A DNA stretch of 50,150 nucleotides from Candidatus Nomurabacteria bacterium (GTDB lineage: Bacteria > Patescibacteriota > Minisyncoccia > Phycocordibacterales > UBA9973). Shown here in pieces: positions 1 to 9,694 of the stretch. Every line of letters begins with the position of its first letter. Within the stretch, counting starts at the first letter, position 1. The notes below the pieces were generated by a model. It was given only the letters and a program-made list of their open reading frames with translations, searched no databases and was not told where the DNA came from. Position numbers and translations under genes: made by a program. Location: assembly GCA_020846455.1 (NCBI GenBank), contig JADLDV010000031.1, positions 1 to 50,150 on the forward strand, given 5' to 3'.

Positions 1-240
1 TGTACCCAAGTAAAATACAACGTGCAACATTTTCAGACTGGAAAGGATTTTAGTAAAAATTTGCCAAACACTCAAAAATGAGTACAGTGTGAGTATATGG
101 ACGTGGTCAAATACATCGAAATTGTGGGAAAAGTCTTCCTCTTTATTATATTGAGTATCTTGTTTGTGCCAGGTTTTCTTATTGTAACCTACCTTCACGA
201 CACCTGGTCAAAACTTCTTGGAGAACTGTTCAATCTATAA

Positions 241-645
241 TTACTCTTCTTTTTGACCGATTCCCAACACATCTTTGGTCTTTTTGACACTATCAATAAA
301 AATATTATTATCGAGTGAATTCTCACTTCGTGCGTGTGAACTAAATGCGGTAATGAACGTGAGCATCACACCAACACCAACAAATACGTACAAGATAGTA
401 AACAATCTTCCTACAATAGTGATTGGTTCGATTGTCGCACTTCCTACAGTTGCGAGCGTCATCACACTGTAATACAGAGCGTCCAAATATGGCCACTTTT
501 CTATAAAGTGATAGAACAAACTTCCAGATAAGAGCAATACGACCAAAAATTGCATCATTCCTCGAAAGTCTGAGTCCTTTGACGCAGTACGGAGTGCTCT
601 GACAAATCTAATAATATTAAGAAAAAATGATGTCATAATGTGCAT
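241..645 (-). CDS. small two-TM K+-channel-like pore protein
   Basis: 134-aa ORF with TM helix, pore-helix, 'TLATVGSAT' filter-like segment and second TM helix; the filter departs from canonical TVGYG. Confidence 0.6.
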   Translation of the reverse strand: MHIMTSFFLNIIRFVRALRTASKDSDFRGMMQFLVVLLLSGSLFYHFIEKWPYLDALYYSVMTLATVGSATIEPITIVGRLFTILYVFVGVGVMLTFITAFSSHARSENSLDNNIFIDSVKKTKDVLGIGQKEE

Positions 646-663
646 TATTGTACCAAAAAATAT

Positions 664-699
664 AAAAAAAGTCCGTCTTGTAAAACAAGACGGACTTTT
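664..699. terminator. bidirectional intrinsic terminator
   Basis: perfect 10-bp stem gtccgtcttg/caagacggac (671-695) flanked by an A-run and a T-run. Confidence 0.7.
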
Positions 700-926
700 G
701 TGTTAATCTTCTTCATCGTCTTCGTATACAACATCCTTACCGTCACCGGTTTTTTTTAAATTATCTTTAATGATATTAATCCTGAATTCTTCTTCTTGTT
801 GAAATTTTTTTCTTTCTCCATTAATATCAATTTCTGCTTGATGATGTACTTTCTCTGATTTTTCCATTTACATTATGTGTATATTTTCTTTCAAGAGTAA
901 ACCATAAATAATACATTTTAGCAATC

Positions 927-1337
927 TTACCGTTTCAACGCATCACGTATTTCAGTCAACAATATCACCTCTTTTGACGGTGTAGGTTCTGAAGGAACTG
1001 ATTCTTGTCTCTTGAATCGATTGACTGCTTTTACTGCAAGGAAGATAACCAATGCAACAATGGCAAAATCAATCAAAGATTGTAGGAATAATCCTACCTG
1101 CATGACGACGGCTGGTTGAACGACACCTTGGCCATCAAAACCTTCTGGTTTCAATGTCCATACAATATCAGTAAATCGCATACCTCCAAGAATATATCCT
1201 ATTGGTGGCATAATAATATCTGCAACAAGAGAAGAAACTATCTTGCCAAAAGCACCTCCTATAATAACTCCGATTGCAAGATCAAACACATTTCCTCGCA
1301 CTGCAAATGTTTTGAATTCTGTAATAAAATTTTTCAT
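927..1337 (-). CDS. mscL: large-conductance mechanosensitive channel MscL
   Basis: '[47 protein letters not shown]' is the canonical MscL N-terminus; start moved to the ATG at 1337. Confidence 0.9.
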   Translation of the reverse strand: MKNFITEFKTFAVRGNVFDLAIGVIIGGAFGKIVSSLVADIIMPPIGYILGGMRFTDIVWTLKPEGFDGQGVVQPAVVMQVGLFLQSLIDFAIVALVIFLAVKAVNRFKRQESVPSEPTPSKEVILLTEIRDALKR

Positions 1338-1370
1338 ATAAGACAATACTACCATATCCTACATACAACA

Positions 1371-1397
1371 AAAAAACCGCACTCGTGCGGTTTTTTT
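1371..1397. terminator. intrinsic terminator hairpin
   Basis: accgca-ctcg-tgcggt stem flanked by A6 and T7. Confidence 0.6.
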
Positions 1398-1407
1398 GTT
1401 GTATTTT

Positions 1408-1803
1408 TTAGAGAAGTAGGAATGTTGCAGTGATACCGAGAAGTGATATAAGTCTATATCCAACAGTGAGACTGAATAATGTCCAAGATCTTTTTTCGTA
1501 CATTGTACTTGAAAACTCTGTTGGGATAATGAATGCGATCCATGCAGTAGCCACAAGAAGTATCAATGGGACACCGAATACTCCTGCGAGATACAACAAT
1601 GCAAATGCAGTAATCATGTCGAAGATAAGTCCGTAGAGCATTGATACTGCCATACGTTTTTTGTCCATAACCTTTGGAGCACGATCACCCATTGCTCTCA
1701 TCCACTGATTACCAAAAAGGACTTTTGAATACCAAAGTATTCCGAGACCACCACTTACTATTCCTGCGAGTAAAATAATACCAACTAAGTACAAATATTG
1801 CAT
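1408..1803 (-). CDS. DUF1761-like membrane protein
   Basis: four hydrophobic helices and 'WYSKVLFGNQWMRAMG', typical of DUF1761; start at the ATG at 1803 (MQYLYL). Confidence 0.55.
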   Translation of the reverse strand: MQYLYLVGIILLAGIVSGGLGILWYSKVLFGNQWMRAMGDRAPKVMDKKRMAVSMLYGLIFDMITAFALLYLAGVFGVPLILLVATAWIAFIIPTEFSSTMYEKRSWTLFSLTVGYRLISLLGITATFLLL

Positions 1804-1870
1804 ATAATGAAAATTAATTAATCTATAACCTTTGTAGTATACCAAATCCGATAGGATATAGCACTTATAT

Positions 1871-2437
1871 TTATTTCTTTTTGGCGCGGAAGCACGTACT
1901 CACATGATCATCCACAATACCCACAGCCTGCATAAATGCATAACAAATGGTTGAACCACGAAATGTAAATCCCCGCTTGCCCATGTCTTTACTCATCTGA
2001 TCAGAAAGTGGTGTTTTGTTCGTAAGTTTTGATATATCTTTCGGACAGTTACGAATTGTTTTCCCTTTTGTAAAACTCCACACGTACGCATCAAAACTAC
2101 CGAATTCTTTTTGGATTTTTAAAAACACCTTTGCATTATTAATCGCAGAAACAATTTTTAATCGATTGCGAACAATACCCACATCTTGCATCAGTGCCTC
2201 AATTTTTTTCTCATCGAATCTTGCAATTTTCTTTGCGTCAAAATGTGCAAACGCTTTACGGAAATTCTCTCGCTTACGAAGTACGATCCACCACGACAGT
2301 CCTGCTTGGAATGATTCTAGTATCAAAAATTCAAAAAGTTTTTGATCGTCATGAAGTGGTCTACCCCACTCAGTGTCATGATAGGCAATATACATATCAT
2401 CCTTCAAACACCATGTGCATCTATTTTTTGTTTTCAT
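1871..2437 (-). CDS. tag: DNA-3-methyladenine glycosylase I
   Basis: 'CTWC...YHDTEWGRP.HDD..LFE.L.LE.FQAGLSW' Tag signature; start at the ATG at 2437, overlapping the upstream MGMT gene by 17 nt. Confidence 0.9.
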   Translation of the reverse strand: MKTKNRCTWCLKDDMYIAYHDTEWGRPLHDDQKLFEFLILESFQAGLSWWIVLRKRENFRKAFAHFDAKKIARFDEKKIEALMQDVGIVRNRLKIVSAINNAKVFLKIQKEFGSFDAYVWSFTKGKTIRNCPKDISKLTNKTPLSDQMSKDMGKRGFTFRGSTICYAFMQAVGIVDDHVSTCFRAKKK

Positions 2438-2708
2438 GTTTTTGCAAAAAACCTTCTTCTTGTAAAATGATTCTCTTCTGTTCTTCTCCTCCACGATTAT
2501 ACTCACCGACACTTCCATCACTTCGGATTACCCTGTGACATGGCACATCTCTGAGATAATTATGCTTCATAATAGAACCAACGGCACGAGCTGCATTCGG
2601 ACTTCCTGCTTTTTCCGCGACCTGTTTGTATGTCATAGTTTTCCCTTTTGGAATATTGCGGACAATGTCGAGAACTTTTTCAGAAAAAGAATGTATCTTT
2701 TTAGTCAT
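2421..2708 (-). CDS. MGMT-family methylated-DNA-protein-cysteine methyltransferase domain protein
   Basis: 95 aa with HTH 'TYKQVAEKAGSPNAARAVG' and active-site 'PCHRVI'; short single-domain form. Confidence 0.85.
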   Translation of the reverse strand: MTKKIHSFSEKVLDIVRNIPKGKTMTYKQVAEKAGSPNAARAVGSIMKHNYLRDVPCHRVIRSDGSVGEYNRGGEEQKRIILQEEGFLQKHENKK

Positions 2709-2723
2709 ACAAAGTAAATTTTA

Positions 2724-3968
2724 TTAAATAGCATGGAACTCCTTTTCGTGTCGATAGTACAAAACAAAAATAATCCATGCAATCAATGTACACATACCCG
2801 CAACAAAAACTGGCGCACCTACCCACACGGAAGATATCAGACCCGCAAGGATGGGAGGAAAAATGACTGCCAAAGATTGGACTGATTGATTAATACCAAA
2901 AAGTTCACCCTGTGCATCAGGTGATGCTGTCTTTGAAATAAGAACAAATAAGTTTGGTTGAGTAATACCATTACCAAAAACAATAAGAACTGTTACGAGA
3001 TACAGAAAAATAACTGTTTGTGAAGCTGAAAAAAGGAAAAATCCCAATGCAAGAACTAGTGGTGCGAAACGTAGAATATCTTGCGCTTGCCATTTTTTTC
3101 CAACAATTCTCCCAACAAAACCCTGCATGACAGCAATTAATATACCAATAACGGCAAAATAATTACCTATCATGCTTTGAGTAAAGTCGAATTTTTTAAT
3201 CAAAAAAACTTGAGAAAATTGCGTAAAGAATGTAAAGCCAAACATAAACAGAAATGCAACAATAAAAAGAACTCTTGTTTCTTTAAAAGAAAAAGCCTTG
3301 TAAATATTTTTTAACCCTGTATATACAGTAATTTTTTCAGTTCTTTTTTTTAATAAAGTTTCTTTAAAAAATAGTTGTAGAGATATAATATTTACCAAAG
3401 TTAAGATTGCAGAAAATATAAACGGTGTTGCATTGGTAAACCAAGAAACAACATTCGGGTCAGCAAGTTTACCTCCAATAAATGGTCCGATAATAAAACC
3501 AAAACCAAATGCCATTCCAATAAATCCAAAATACTTCAACCGTTCTGTCGGAGGTGCCATATCAGAAATCGCCGCTTGTGCGACTGAAATATTTCCACCA
3601 GTAAAACCATCAATGAGTCTAGAGATAAAAAGAATCCAAAGATTTCCATACACGACACCAATCGCAAAAAGAATGTATCCAATACATGTTCCAATGAGCG
3701 ACAAAATGAGCATCTTTTTTCTTCCAAATTTATCCGCAAGTGCTCCGATAATTGGTGCACCGAAAAATTGTGCGAGTGGATACAGTGTGGTAAGTATTCC
3801 AAGATACAGTGTTCTTGTAGCAAAAGAAACGTCATGAGAAAAAAGCGTTGTTTCAGGAGAAAGAAATACGACGGCAAGAACCGGGATGATAATCCCAATA
3901 CCAAGCATATCTATCATGATAGTAAGGAACAGAGATAAAAAGGCTTTATTTTTTAAAGGTGAAGACAT
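2724..3968 (-). CDS. MFS transporter (drug:H+ antiporter-like)
   Basis: 414 aa, about 12 TM helices, 'GALADKFGRKKM' MFS motif A. Confidence 0.85.
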   Translation of the reverse strand: MSSPLKNKAFLSLFLTIMIDMLGIGIIIPVLAVVFLSPETTLFSHDVSFATRTLYLGILTTLYPLAQFFGAPIIGALADKFGRKKMLILSLIGTCIGYILFAIGVVYGNLWILFISRLIDGFTGGNISVAQAAISDMAPPTERLKYFGFIGMAFGFGFIIGPFIGGKLADPNVVSWFTNATPFIFSAILTLVNIISLQLFFKETLLKKRTEKITVYTGLKNIYKAFSFKETRVLFIVAFLFMFGFTFFTQFSQVFLIKKFDFTQSMIGNYFAVIGILIAVMQGFVGRIVGKKWQAQDILRFAPLVLALGFFLFSASQTVIFLYLVTVLIVFGNGITQPNLFVLISKTASPDAQGELFGINQSVQSLAVIFPPILAGLISSVWVGAPVFVAGMCTLIAWIIFVLYYRHEKEFHAI

Positions 3969-4060
3969 AGAAATATTATTAGTTTATTTTTTGGGTAAAG
4001 TTGTACAGGAAGTACGAACTGTATTTGAGCGATTAAATGACACGACTATCTATATACCCT

Positions 4061-5866
4061 TTATTTTTTAAAATACCTTTCCTTAAAAGAACCATCATCC
4101 ATAGAAACAACCTTACCATCTACATAGGCAATATTGTAACCTAGATATACATTTTTACCATCACGAATAGCTTCTTGTTTTTTTCTAAAATTACTATGAA
4201 TAGGTAGTTCCATTGGGGATGCTATCTTTTCAATATCAGGCATTTTATTTGCAAAATCATTCCATACAACTTTCCATTCTTCTAAAAGAACTGGTTCGTC
4301 TTTTAATGGAAGTAAATTAATGGTAGTTCTATCTTTTTTTTCAACAAGAGAGATCTCAAAAGATTTTTCTTTAAAATATTCTATGACAGATTCTGGTATT
4401 ACTATATTTTTATTATACATACCCATATATTGATGTCTTCCATTTCTAAATCCAGATTCAAAAGTACTATATCCTTTTTTTCTTAATAAAAAAACAGCAT
4501 TACTGACTTGTGACTCGAGTTCTTCTTTATATGCACCAGCTTCAAACTCCTCCTCACTTGCAACAGGGTTTTGTTTTATTCTTTGTTCTTTTCTTCTAAA
4601 AGATTCTTCTCTTTCTTGCGATCTTTGCATTGTTTCTATAAAAAGAGTTTTGTTTTCAGCCATATCAGTAACGTTTTTTATTTCTTCTTTTAGATCAACA
4701 TCATTCAAATCTCTGTTTTTATAAAAGCTTAATAATTCTTTTTTAAAATTGGCTGTATTTTCATAATATTTAAAAACATAATCTCTTAAAGAGCTGTTGT
4801 CTGACAAATGCTTATTTGCAGCACTAAACATAATAGATTGAAGTTGTTTAACCGCTTCAGTAATAACTAGTAGTTTTTGATCTAATGGAAACATATCCTC
4901 ATACATTTTTTTACGCTCTTCTGGGCTACTAGTTGTAAAATAACTAATGATTTCCTCTTTCTTTTTCTTATCACCAAATGCACCTAAAACCCTCAGTGAC
5001 CCTTTTCCGTAAAGTTTTTCAATTGACCGTAAATGCATCATTTCCCCAGTAAAATGACCTCGTTTAAAACGATCCCAAACTTGTTGTTCTGGAACTTCTT
5101 CTTTCTTGGAAAGAGACTCTGTTAAAACCTTAATTAGATCAACATTTAAATCGTAACTGTGTGTTTTTTGGATATTATTATTTTTTTCTTGTTCACTTAT
5201 TTTTAAATTTTTTTCAATATATTCTCTATTTTTTTCGATCAGTTCTCTTGTTAATCGCTCCACAACTCCTTCATTGAATCCTTCTAGAATAATTCGTTCT
5301 TTTTTATCAAATCTATTTATAATTTTATATCCACTACGATAAGGGTTAAAATAATCTTTTTCTTTTAATTTTACTACGTAAGATTTTAAGTGTCCTGAAT
5401 GATGAATAGATTCGTGTAGTAACGTCTTAAGAAAACCAAAACGATTTTTTAATATAACCTTATTATTCCCCATGAGGTGTCTTGCGAAATCAAGTATTTC
5501 CTCCTTTGTAGTTTTCTCTCCTGTTCGCAATTTAATATCAAGTTTTTGTGCGTTAAATTGTCCTCCTTTTCCTTTAGGTAAATAAGGTGTGTCATAATTA
5601 CGAGGCATAATATGAACTTGCTCCTTTTCTAGATTTCTTAATTTAGGCACACCAAGTCTTTGCAACTCATCAGAAACCATAGTATCAACACCGTTAATCA
5701 AACGAATCTGGTCTTCTGTTTTTTCGAGTTCTCCTTCTTTCGCAACCTTACCTAATGCTGTATTTTTCTCAAAATGCTCTTTGACAACCTGTGGGTCTAG
5801 TTTTTCAACACCTTTTCCTACGAGCATGTTATTGAAATTTTCCATGGAATAAGTATACCAATTCAA
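4061..5866 (-). CDS. hypothetical protein with HExxH motif (putative metallopeptidase); paralog of 16209-17228
   Basis: 601 aa; 'LLHESIHHSGH' HExxH; shares N-terminal, HExxH and 'HFTGEMM...GKGSLRVLG' blocks with the 339-aa ORF at 16209. Confidence 0.5.
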   Translation of the reverse strand: MNWYTYSMENFNNMLVGKGVEKLDPQVVKEHFEKNTALGKVAKEGELEKTEDQIRLINGVDTMVSDELQRLGVPKLRNLEKEQVHIMPRNYDTPYLPKGKGGQFNAQKLDIKLRTGEKTTKEEILDFARHLMGNNKVILKNRFGFLKTLLHESIHHSGHLKSYVVKLKEKDYFNPYRSGYKIINRFDKKERIILEGFNEGVVERLTRELIEKNREYIEKNLKISEQEKNNNIQKTHSYDLNVDLIKVLTESLSKKEEVPEQQVWDRFKRGHFTGEMMHLRSIEKLYGKGSLRVLGAFGDKKKKEEIISYFTTSSPEERKKMYEDMFPLDQKLLVITEAVKQLQSIMFSAANKHLSDNSSLRDYVFKYYENTANFKKELLSFYKNRDLNDVDLKEEIKNVTDMAENKTLFIETMQRSQEREESFRRKEQRIKQNPVASEEEFEAGAYKEELESQVSNAVFLLRKKGYSTFESGFRNGRHQYMGMYNKNIVIPESVIEYFKEKSFEISLVEKKDRTTINLLPLKDEPVLLEEWKVVWNDFANKMPDIEKIASPMELPIHSNFRKKQEAIRDGKNVYLGYNIAYVDGKVVSMDDGSFKERYFKK

Positions 5867-5920
5867 ACCCCAGTAGAGCTAGCTGGTTTTAGTATTGAGA
5901 AATATAGATAAAAAACGTTG

Positions 5921-5993
5921 GGTGCCTATCGGGAATCGAACCCGAATCGAGAGTTCCACAAACTCCAGTGTTAACCGTTACACCATAGGCACC
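5921..5993 (-). tRNA. tRNA-His(GTG)
   Basis: manual cloverleaf: anticodon loop TTGTGGA, encoded G-1 pairing with C73, T-loop TTCGATT. Confidence 0.9.
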
Positions 5994-6000
5994 ATACTTC

Positions 6001-6564
6001 CTACCGATAGGTAGGTGGCTCCTCTGTTATACCAGAAAAATGGTTAGAAAGTCTAGCGAATGCGTACAAAAGACTAGAAAGTCTATTGAGATATGCCTTT
6101 GACGCATCTAACACGACACACTCACCTGCCTCACAGGCGCGAATAACTGCACGCTCTGCTCTGCGAGACACTGTTCGACAAATATCACACTGAGCAGCAA
6201 GTTCTGTCCCCCCAGAGATGAAAAAGGTCGTGATAGGTGGCAAGAGACCTTCGATAGTGTTGATCGTGTCACCCATATCAGAAACCATACTTTCTTCTAT
6301 GTGCATGTCTGACCCAGCAATTTCTGCTTGAACAATAAAAAGTTTCTGCTGGACATCATGCAGTACTTTTGACATTCTTGGACCTTGATCACCGATTGAA
6401 ATATTTTTTACATCAGCGGCAACCTTGATAAGTCCAATGAAAGCATTGATTTCATCCACAGTTCCGAGTGCTTCTGTGACAAGTGAGCTCTTTGAAATAC
6501 GCACACCAGATGGTGTGGTAAAAAGTTTCGTTGTTCCATTATCTCCTTTTCCTGTATATAACAT
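6001..6564 (-). CDS. PduO-type ATP:cob(I)alamin adenosyltransferase
   Basis: N-terminal 'YTGKGDNGTT' and helical-bundle length (187 aa) typical of the PduO/MMAB family. Confidence 0.85.
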   Translation of the reverse strand: MLYTGKGDNGTTKLFTTPSGVRISKSSLVTEALGTVDEINAFIGLIKVAADVKNISIGDQGPRMSKVLHDVQQKLFIVQAEIAGSDMHIEESMVSDMGDTINTIEGLLPPITTFFISGGTELAAQCDICRTVSRRAERAVIRACEAGECVVLDASKAYLNRLSSLLYAFARLSNHFSGITEEPPTYR

Positions 6565-6566
6565 AG

Positions 6567-7586
6567 CTATACTTGTGGTGTCTCTTCGTGATTACGTCGA
6601 ATAAAGAAATGATCAAATATCTGACTTCCAATAATCGCAATAGCAAGGAATATGAGATATATGCCGAATACTTCTGCAAAAGTTGTATTGATTTTACGAA
6701 GTGCGCCAAGTACAAAAACGTAATACCATGAAGTAATAGATATTGCACCAAGCGCAAACGCGAGTTTGCGAATATGATGCAACTCACCTGGTTTACGATT
6801 ATGTGATTCACCAAATGAAATGCGCACCAGTTTCGGTGCAACAAAAATATTGAGGACGATACCATTAGCAAGAATGATAGCCATAATCATCATCTTGGTA
6901 ATAAATTTTGGTGACGCATTCAAAATCTCTGACTGAGGAATGTACAAACCAATACCACTCACAATTACCAAGAAGAGTGCGACCCACACCACACGAGAAA
7001 GCATATCCATAACAGCAGACTCTTGTTCTGATATTTTGTAATCCTTCAAAAAAGAGAAGAAAAACACATCAGTAATAGTAACCGCACCTACGCCGATAGC
7101 CATACCAAACAAATGCACTGTTGTAATGATTTTTTTATACTCAAGGAGAAAACTTACATAATTAATATCGTAAGAAATAAATGCCAAGAAAAAAAGAGAT
7201 ATTGTAAGAAAAGCTGAAGAGAGACACCATACACACCACTGCTTGATGACATACGCTTGTAAGAAAATCAAATAAAGAGAGAAGAGTGCTGCGATCAATG
7301 AAACAGCGACCACAATGCCATGTACCCACTCTGGAACACCTTGAATATATCCGAGTACGAGATGCGCGATGAATGAGTACGCATAATATGACATACCGAG
7401 TATCTCGATTCGAATACCCATCCATGTTGAATACTCACTGTTGATCACTGATTCACAATCAGAGCGCATCGGACAAATGAGACGCTTCTTCTGTTTCTTC
7501 TTATGATAAATAAAAAATGCGAGCAGAAATCCGGCAAGACTAATTACTGCCATCGCGATATCAATAGTGCTATATATAAGATTCAT
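6567..7586 (-). CDS. vitamin K epoxide reductase (VKOR) family membrane protein with C-terminal membrane extension
   Basis: loop cysteines 'CPMRSDC', 'SEYS' and 'WCVWC' CxxC in a TM helix; about 9 TM helices in total. Confidence 0.75.
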   Translation of the reverse strand: MNLIYSTIDIAMAVISLAGFLLAFFIYHKKKQKKRLICPMRSDCESVINSEYSTWMGIRIEILGMSYYAYSFIAHLVLGYIQGVPEWVHGIVVAVSLIAALFSLYLIFLQAYVIKQWCVWCLSSAFLTISLFFLAFISYDINYVSFLLEYKKIITTVHLFGMAIGVGAVTITDVFFFSFLKDYKISEQESAVMDMLSRVVWVALFLVIVSGIGLYIPQSEILNASPKFITKMMIMAIILANGIVLNIFVAPKLVRISFGESHNRKPGELHHIRKLAFALGAISITSWYYVFVLGALRKINTTFAEVFGIYLIFLAIAIIGSQIFDHFFIRRNHEETPQV

Positions 7587-7909
7587 ATTCTCATACTATC
7601 AATTTTTGCGGCTAAAATGAAATCATTTTCTGAAAGTCCCCCAACTGCATGTGTCCACAGTGTCAAAGTAACGTTGTTGTAATGAATCGCAATGTCTGGA
7701 TGATGCCCTTCTTGTTCGGCAATATCAGCGATGTGATTCACGAAATCTACTGCACCGATAAAATCGGTGAATGTGTATGTTCGAAAAATATTTTTTTCAT
7801 CTTGTGAAAGTGTCCATCCGGGTATCTGTGTGAGATACTCGTACACCTGCTCTCCTGATAGTGGTGGAACTTTTTCTTCACAAGGAATACATTTTTTAAG
7901 ATTAAGCAT
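7583..7909 (-). CDS. 4a-hydroxytetrahydrobiopterin (pterin-4a-carbinolamine) dehydratase
   Basis: 'EQEGHHPDIAIHYNNVTLTLWTHAVGGLSENDF' PCD signature. Confidence 0.9.
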   Translation of the reverse strand: MLNLKKCIPCEEKVPPLSGEQVYEYLTQIPGWTLSQDEKNIFRTYTFTDFIGAVDFVNHIADIAEQEGHHPDIAIHYNNVTLTLWTHAVGGLSENDFILAAKIDSMRI

Positions 7910-7918
7910 AGTTATATA

Positions 7919-8470
7919 TTACCAAATATACACGTATAATTTCTTTGCTAATTTTCCTTGATGTGGCATATCAATAACAGAAATAGGTTTTTTGTTTGGA
8001 AACGTAAAATCACAAGTTACCACTCGCACACCCTGATGCAACTGACTATCAAATATTGGTTCAAGTTTTTGTAACACTGATGGATACAAATATAAGAAAA
8101 TGTGTGTTACATCACTCAACTCTGCTTTAAATAAATCACGGTTGTATATTTTCGAACGATGACGATACTTTCGTAATCGAAACAACGATAACATTCTTGG
8201 AACTGGACCAATTTCATATCCTCGCACATGCACATGAGGATTACTTTCAAGCGCAGCGAGTAACACCTTCCCTTCACCAGATCCTAAATCACACAAGACA
8301 GATGTGTCTTGTAATTCAAGAGCATCAATAATATATTTAAGTGCATGATTTTTTACTGGAACAAATGGCGCAGAAGTAATAAGCCATCCATACACAGAAA
8401 GCGTCATGGTAACCAACACGATACAAAGAAAGATAAGAAGTATGATTAAAAGCATTAGTAGAAATATCAT
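7919..8470 (-). CDS. class I SAM-dependent methyltransferase with N-terminal TM anchor
   Basis: 'LCDLGSGEGKVLLAA' SAM motif I after a hydrophobic N-terminus. Confidence 0.7.
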   Translation of the reverse strand: MIFLLMLLIILLIFLCIVLVTMTLSVYGWLITSAPFVPVKNHALKYIIDALELQDTSVLCDLGSGEGKVLLAALESNPHVHVRGYEIGPVPRMLSLFRLRKYRHRSKIYNRDLFKAELSDVTHIFLYLYPSVLQKLEPIFDSQLHQGVRVVTCDFTFPNKKPISVIDMPHQGKLAKKLYVYIW

Positions 8471-8625
8471 ACTTGTAGTATGACACTATGTACAAAATTT
8501 TAAAAATTTATTTCTGATTTAAATATTAGATTTTTATCTGTATTCATTGATCAATTATTTTGAATAATATTGATTATCTTATAATTTATGTTATAGTATA
8601 TTTAGAAATTTTTATATACTTGCAC

Positions 8626-9015
8626 ATGGATATGCCCGAAGAACTACAACAAAAAGAAATTGAAAAAAAGGATGAGGATGAAAAAAAGCAAAAGAATATT
8701 TCTGAAAGGATATTCTTTTCTCTAATAAAAAAAGATCTAACCTCAAAAGGTGGAAATGTTGCCTTTTTATCAACCATTCTTTTTCTAGGAGAGGAAGAGT
8801 GTGTTGATAACTTATTTTCCAACAATCAACTTGATGTAGAAATAAAAAATCGATTTCAAAAAGTTATTCCTTTCTTAAGTACTCTCCTCAAAGAGAAAAA
8901 ATGGGCTATTGATTTGGATTATTTTTTTGATTACCCTCCATCAAAAACAATATTGCTTCAACAGGTAAATCAAAAATCGAGCTTAGTTTATTTTCATTTA
9001 GTTCCTTATCACTAA
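8626..9015 (+). CDS. hypothetical protein
   Basis: ORF only; the ATG at 8626 is preferred over the upstream TTG; no recognisable motif. Confidence 0.35.
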   Translation: MDMPEELQQKEIEKKDEDEKKQKNISERIFFSLIKKDLTSKGGNVAFLSTILFLGEEECVDNLFSNNQLDVEIKNRFQKVIPFLSTLLKEKKWAIDLDYFFDYPPSKTILLQQVNQKSSLVYFHLVPYH

Positions 9016-9069
9016 TTTACACAAAAAAATTCCTTGATTAAAATATCAAGGAATTTTTAATATTTCTTG

Positions 9070-9153
9070 TGCACGAGAGAAGACTTGAACTTCCATGCCC
9101 TTGCGGGCGCTACCACCTCAAGGTAGTGCGTCTACCAATTTCGCCACCCGTGC
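9070..9153 (-). tRNA. tRNA-Leu(GAG)
   Basis: manual cloverleaf: anticodon loop TTGAGGT, long variable arm, T-loop TTCAAGT. Confidence 0.9.
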
Positions 9154-9216
9154 AAGGATGAGAACATGCTTACTGTAATACATTTTGTCTAATAATTCAA
9201 GTAACTTCCGAGAAAA

Positions 9217-9246
9217 CAAAAAATACCGCATATGCGGTATTTTTTG
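9217..9246 (-). terminator. intrinsic terminator downstream of rplS
   Basis: ataccgca-ta-tgcggtat palindrome followed by a T-run. Confidence 0.65.
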
Positions 9247-9249
9247 AGA

Positions 9250-9681
9250 TTATGCTTCTTGAGATACAGTTTCTACCTCTTCTGCTGGAGCTTCTTCTGT
9301 TGCATTTTTTGCACTGTTTCCGAATCCAAAGATTGTTTTCATCTTGCGACGGATTTCTTTTGCTGCTTTGTCTCGGATGTAGTAGAGCTTTGAACGGCGA
9401 ACCTTTGAACGCTTTACAATCTCGATAGAATCAATCATTGGAGAGAAGAGTGGGAAGATACGTTCTACACCAACACTGTTTGAGATTTTGCGAACAGTAA
9501 ATGTTGCACCTGCTTCTGTACCGTGTTTTCGAGACAATACAAGTCCTTCAAAAGCTTGAAGACGAGTCTTGCCTTTTTCTTGAATCTTAGACCAGACACG
9601 AATCGTGTCACCCGCATGCATATCAAGGTTTTTGCGTGCTTCAACGTCTACCGGAGTAAATTGTGTCACTGTGTTTTCCAT
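9250..9681 (-). CDS. rplS: 50S ribosomal protein L19 (with acidic C-terminal tail)
   Basis: 'GDTIRVWSKIQEKGKTRLQAFEGLVLSRKHG...FTVRK...GVERIFPL.SP.I..IEIV' L19 signature. Confidence 0.95.
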   Translation of the reverse strand: MENTVTQFTPVDVEARKNLDMHAGDTIRVWSKIQEKGKTRLQAFEGLVLSRKHGTEAGATFTVRKISNSVGVERIFPLFSPMIDSIEIVKRSKVRRSKLYYIRDKAAKEIRRKMKTIFGFGNSAKNATEEAPAEEVETVSQEA

Positions 9682-9694
9682 GGGTCTTACTCTA

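Noticed and set aside
97-867. Two small ORFs not in the track: 97-240 (+, 47 aa, one TM helix) and 703-867 (-, 54 aa, highly charged)
   Set aside because: Both are plausible by position (they fill gaps between genes and terminators), but there is no motif or other support, so they are not called as features.
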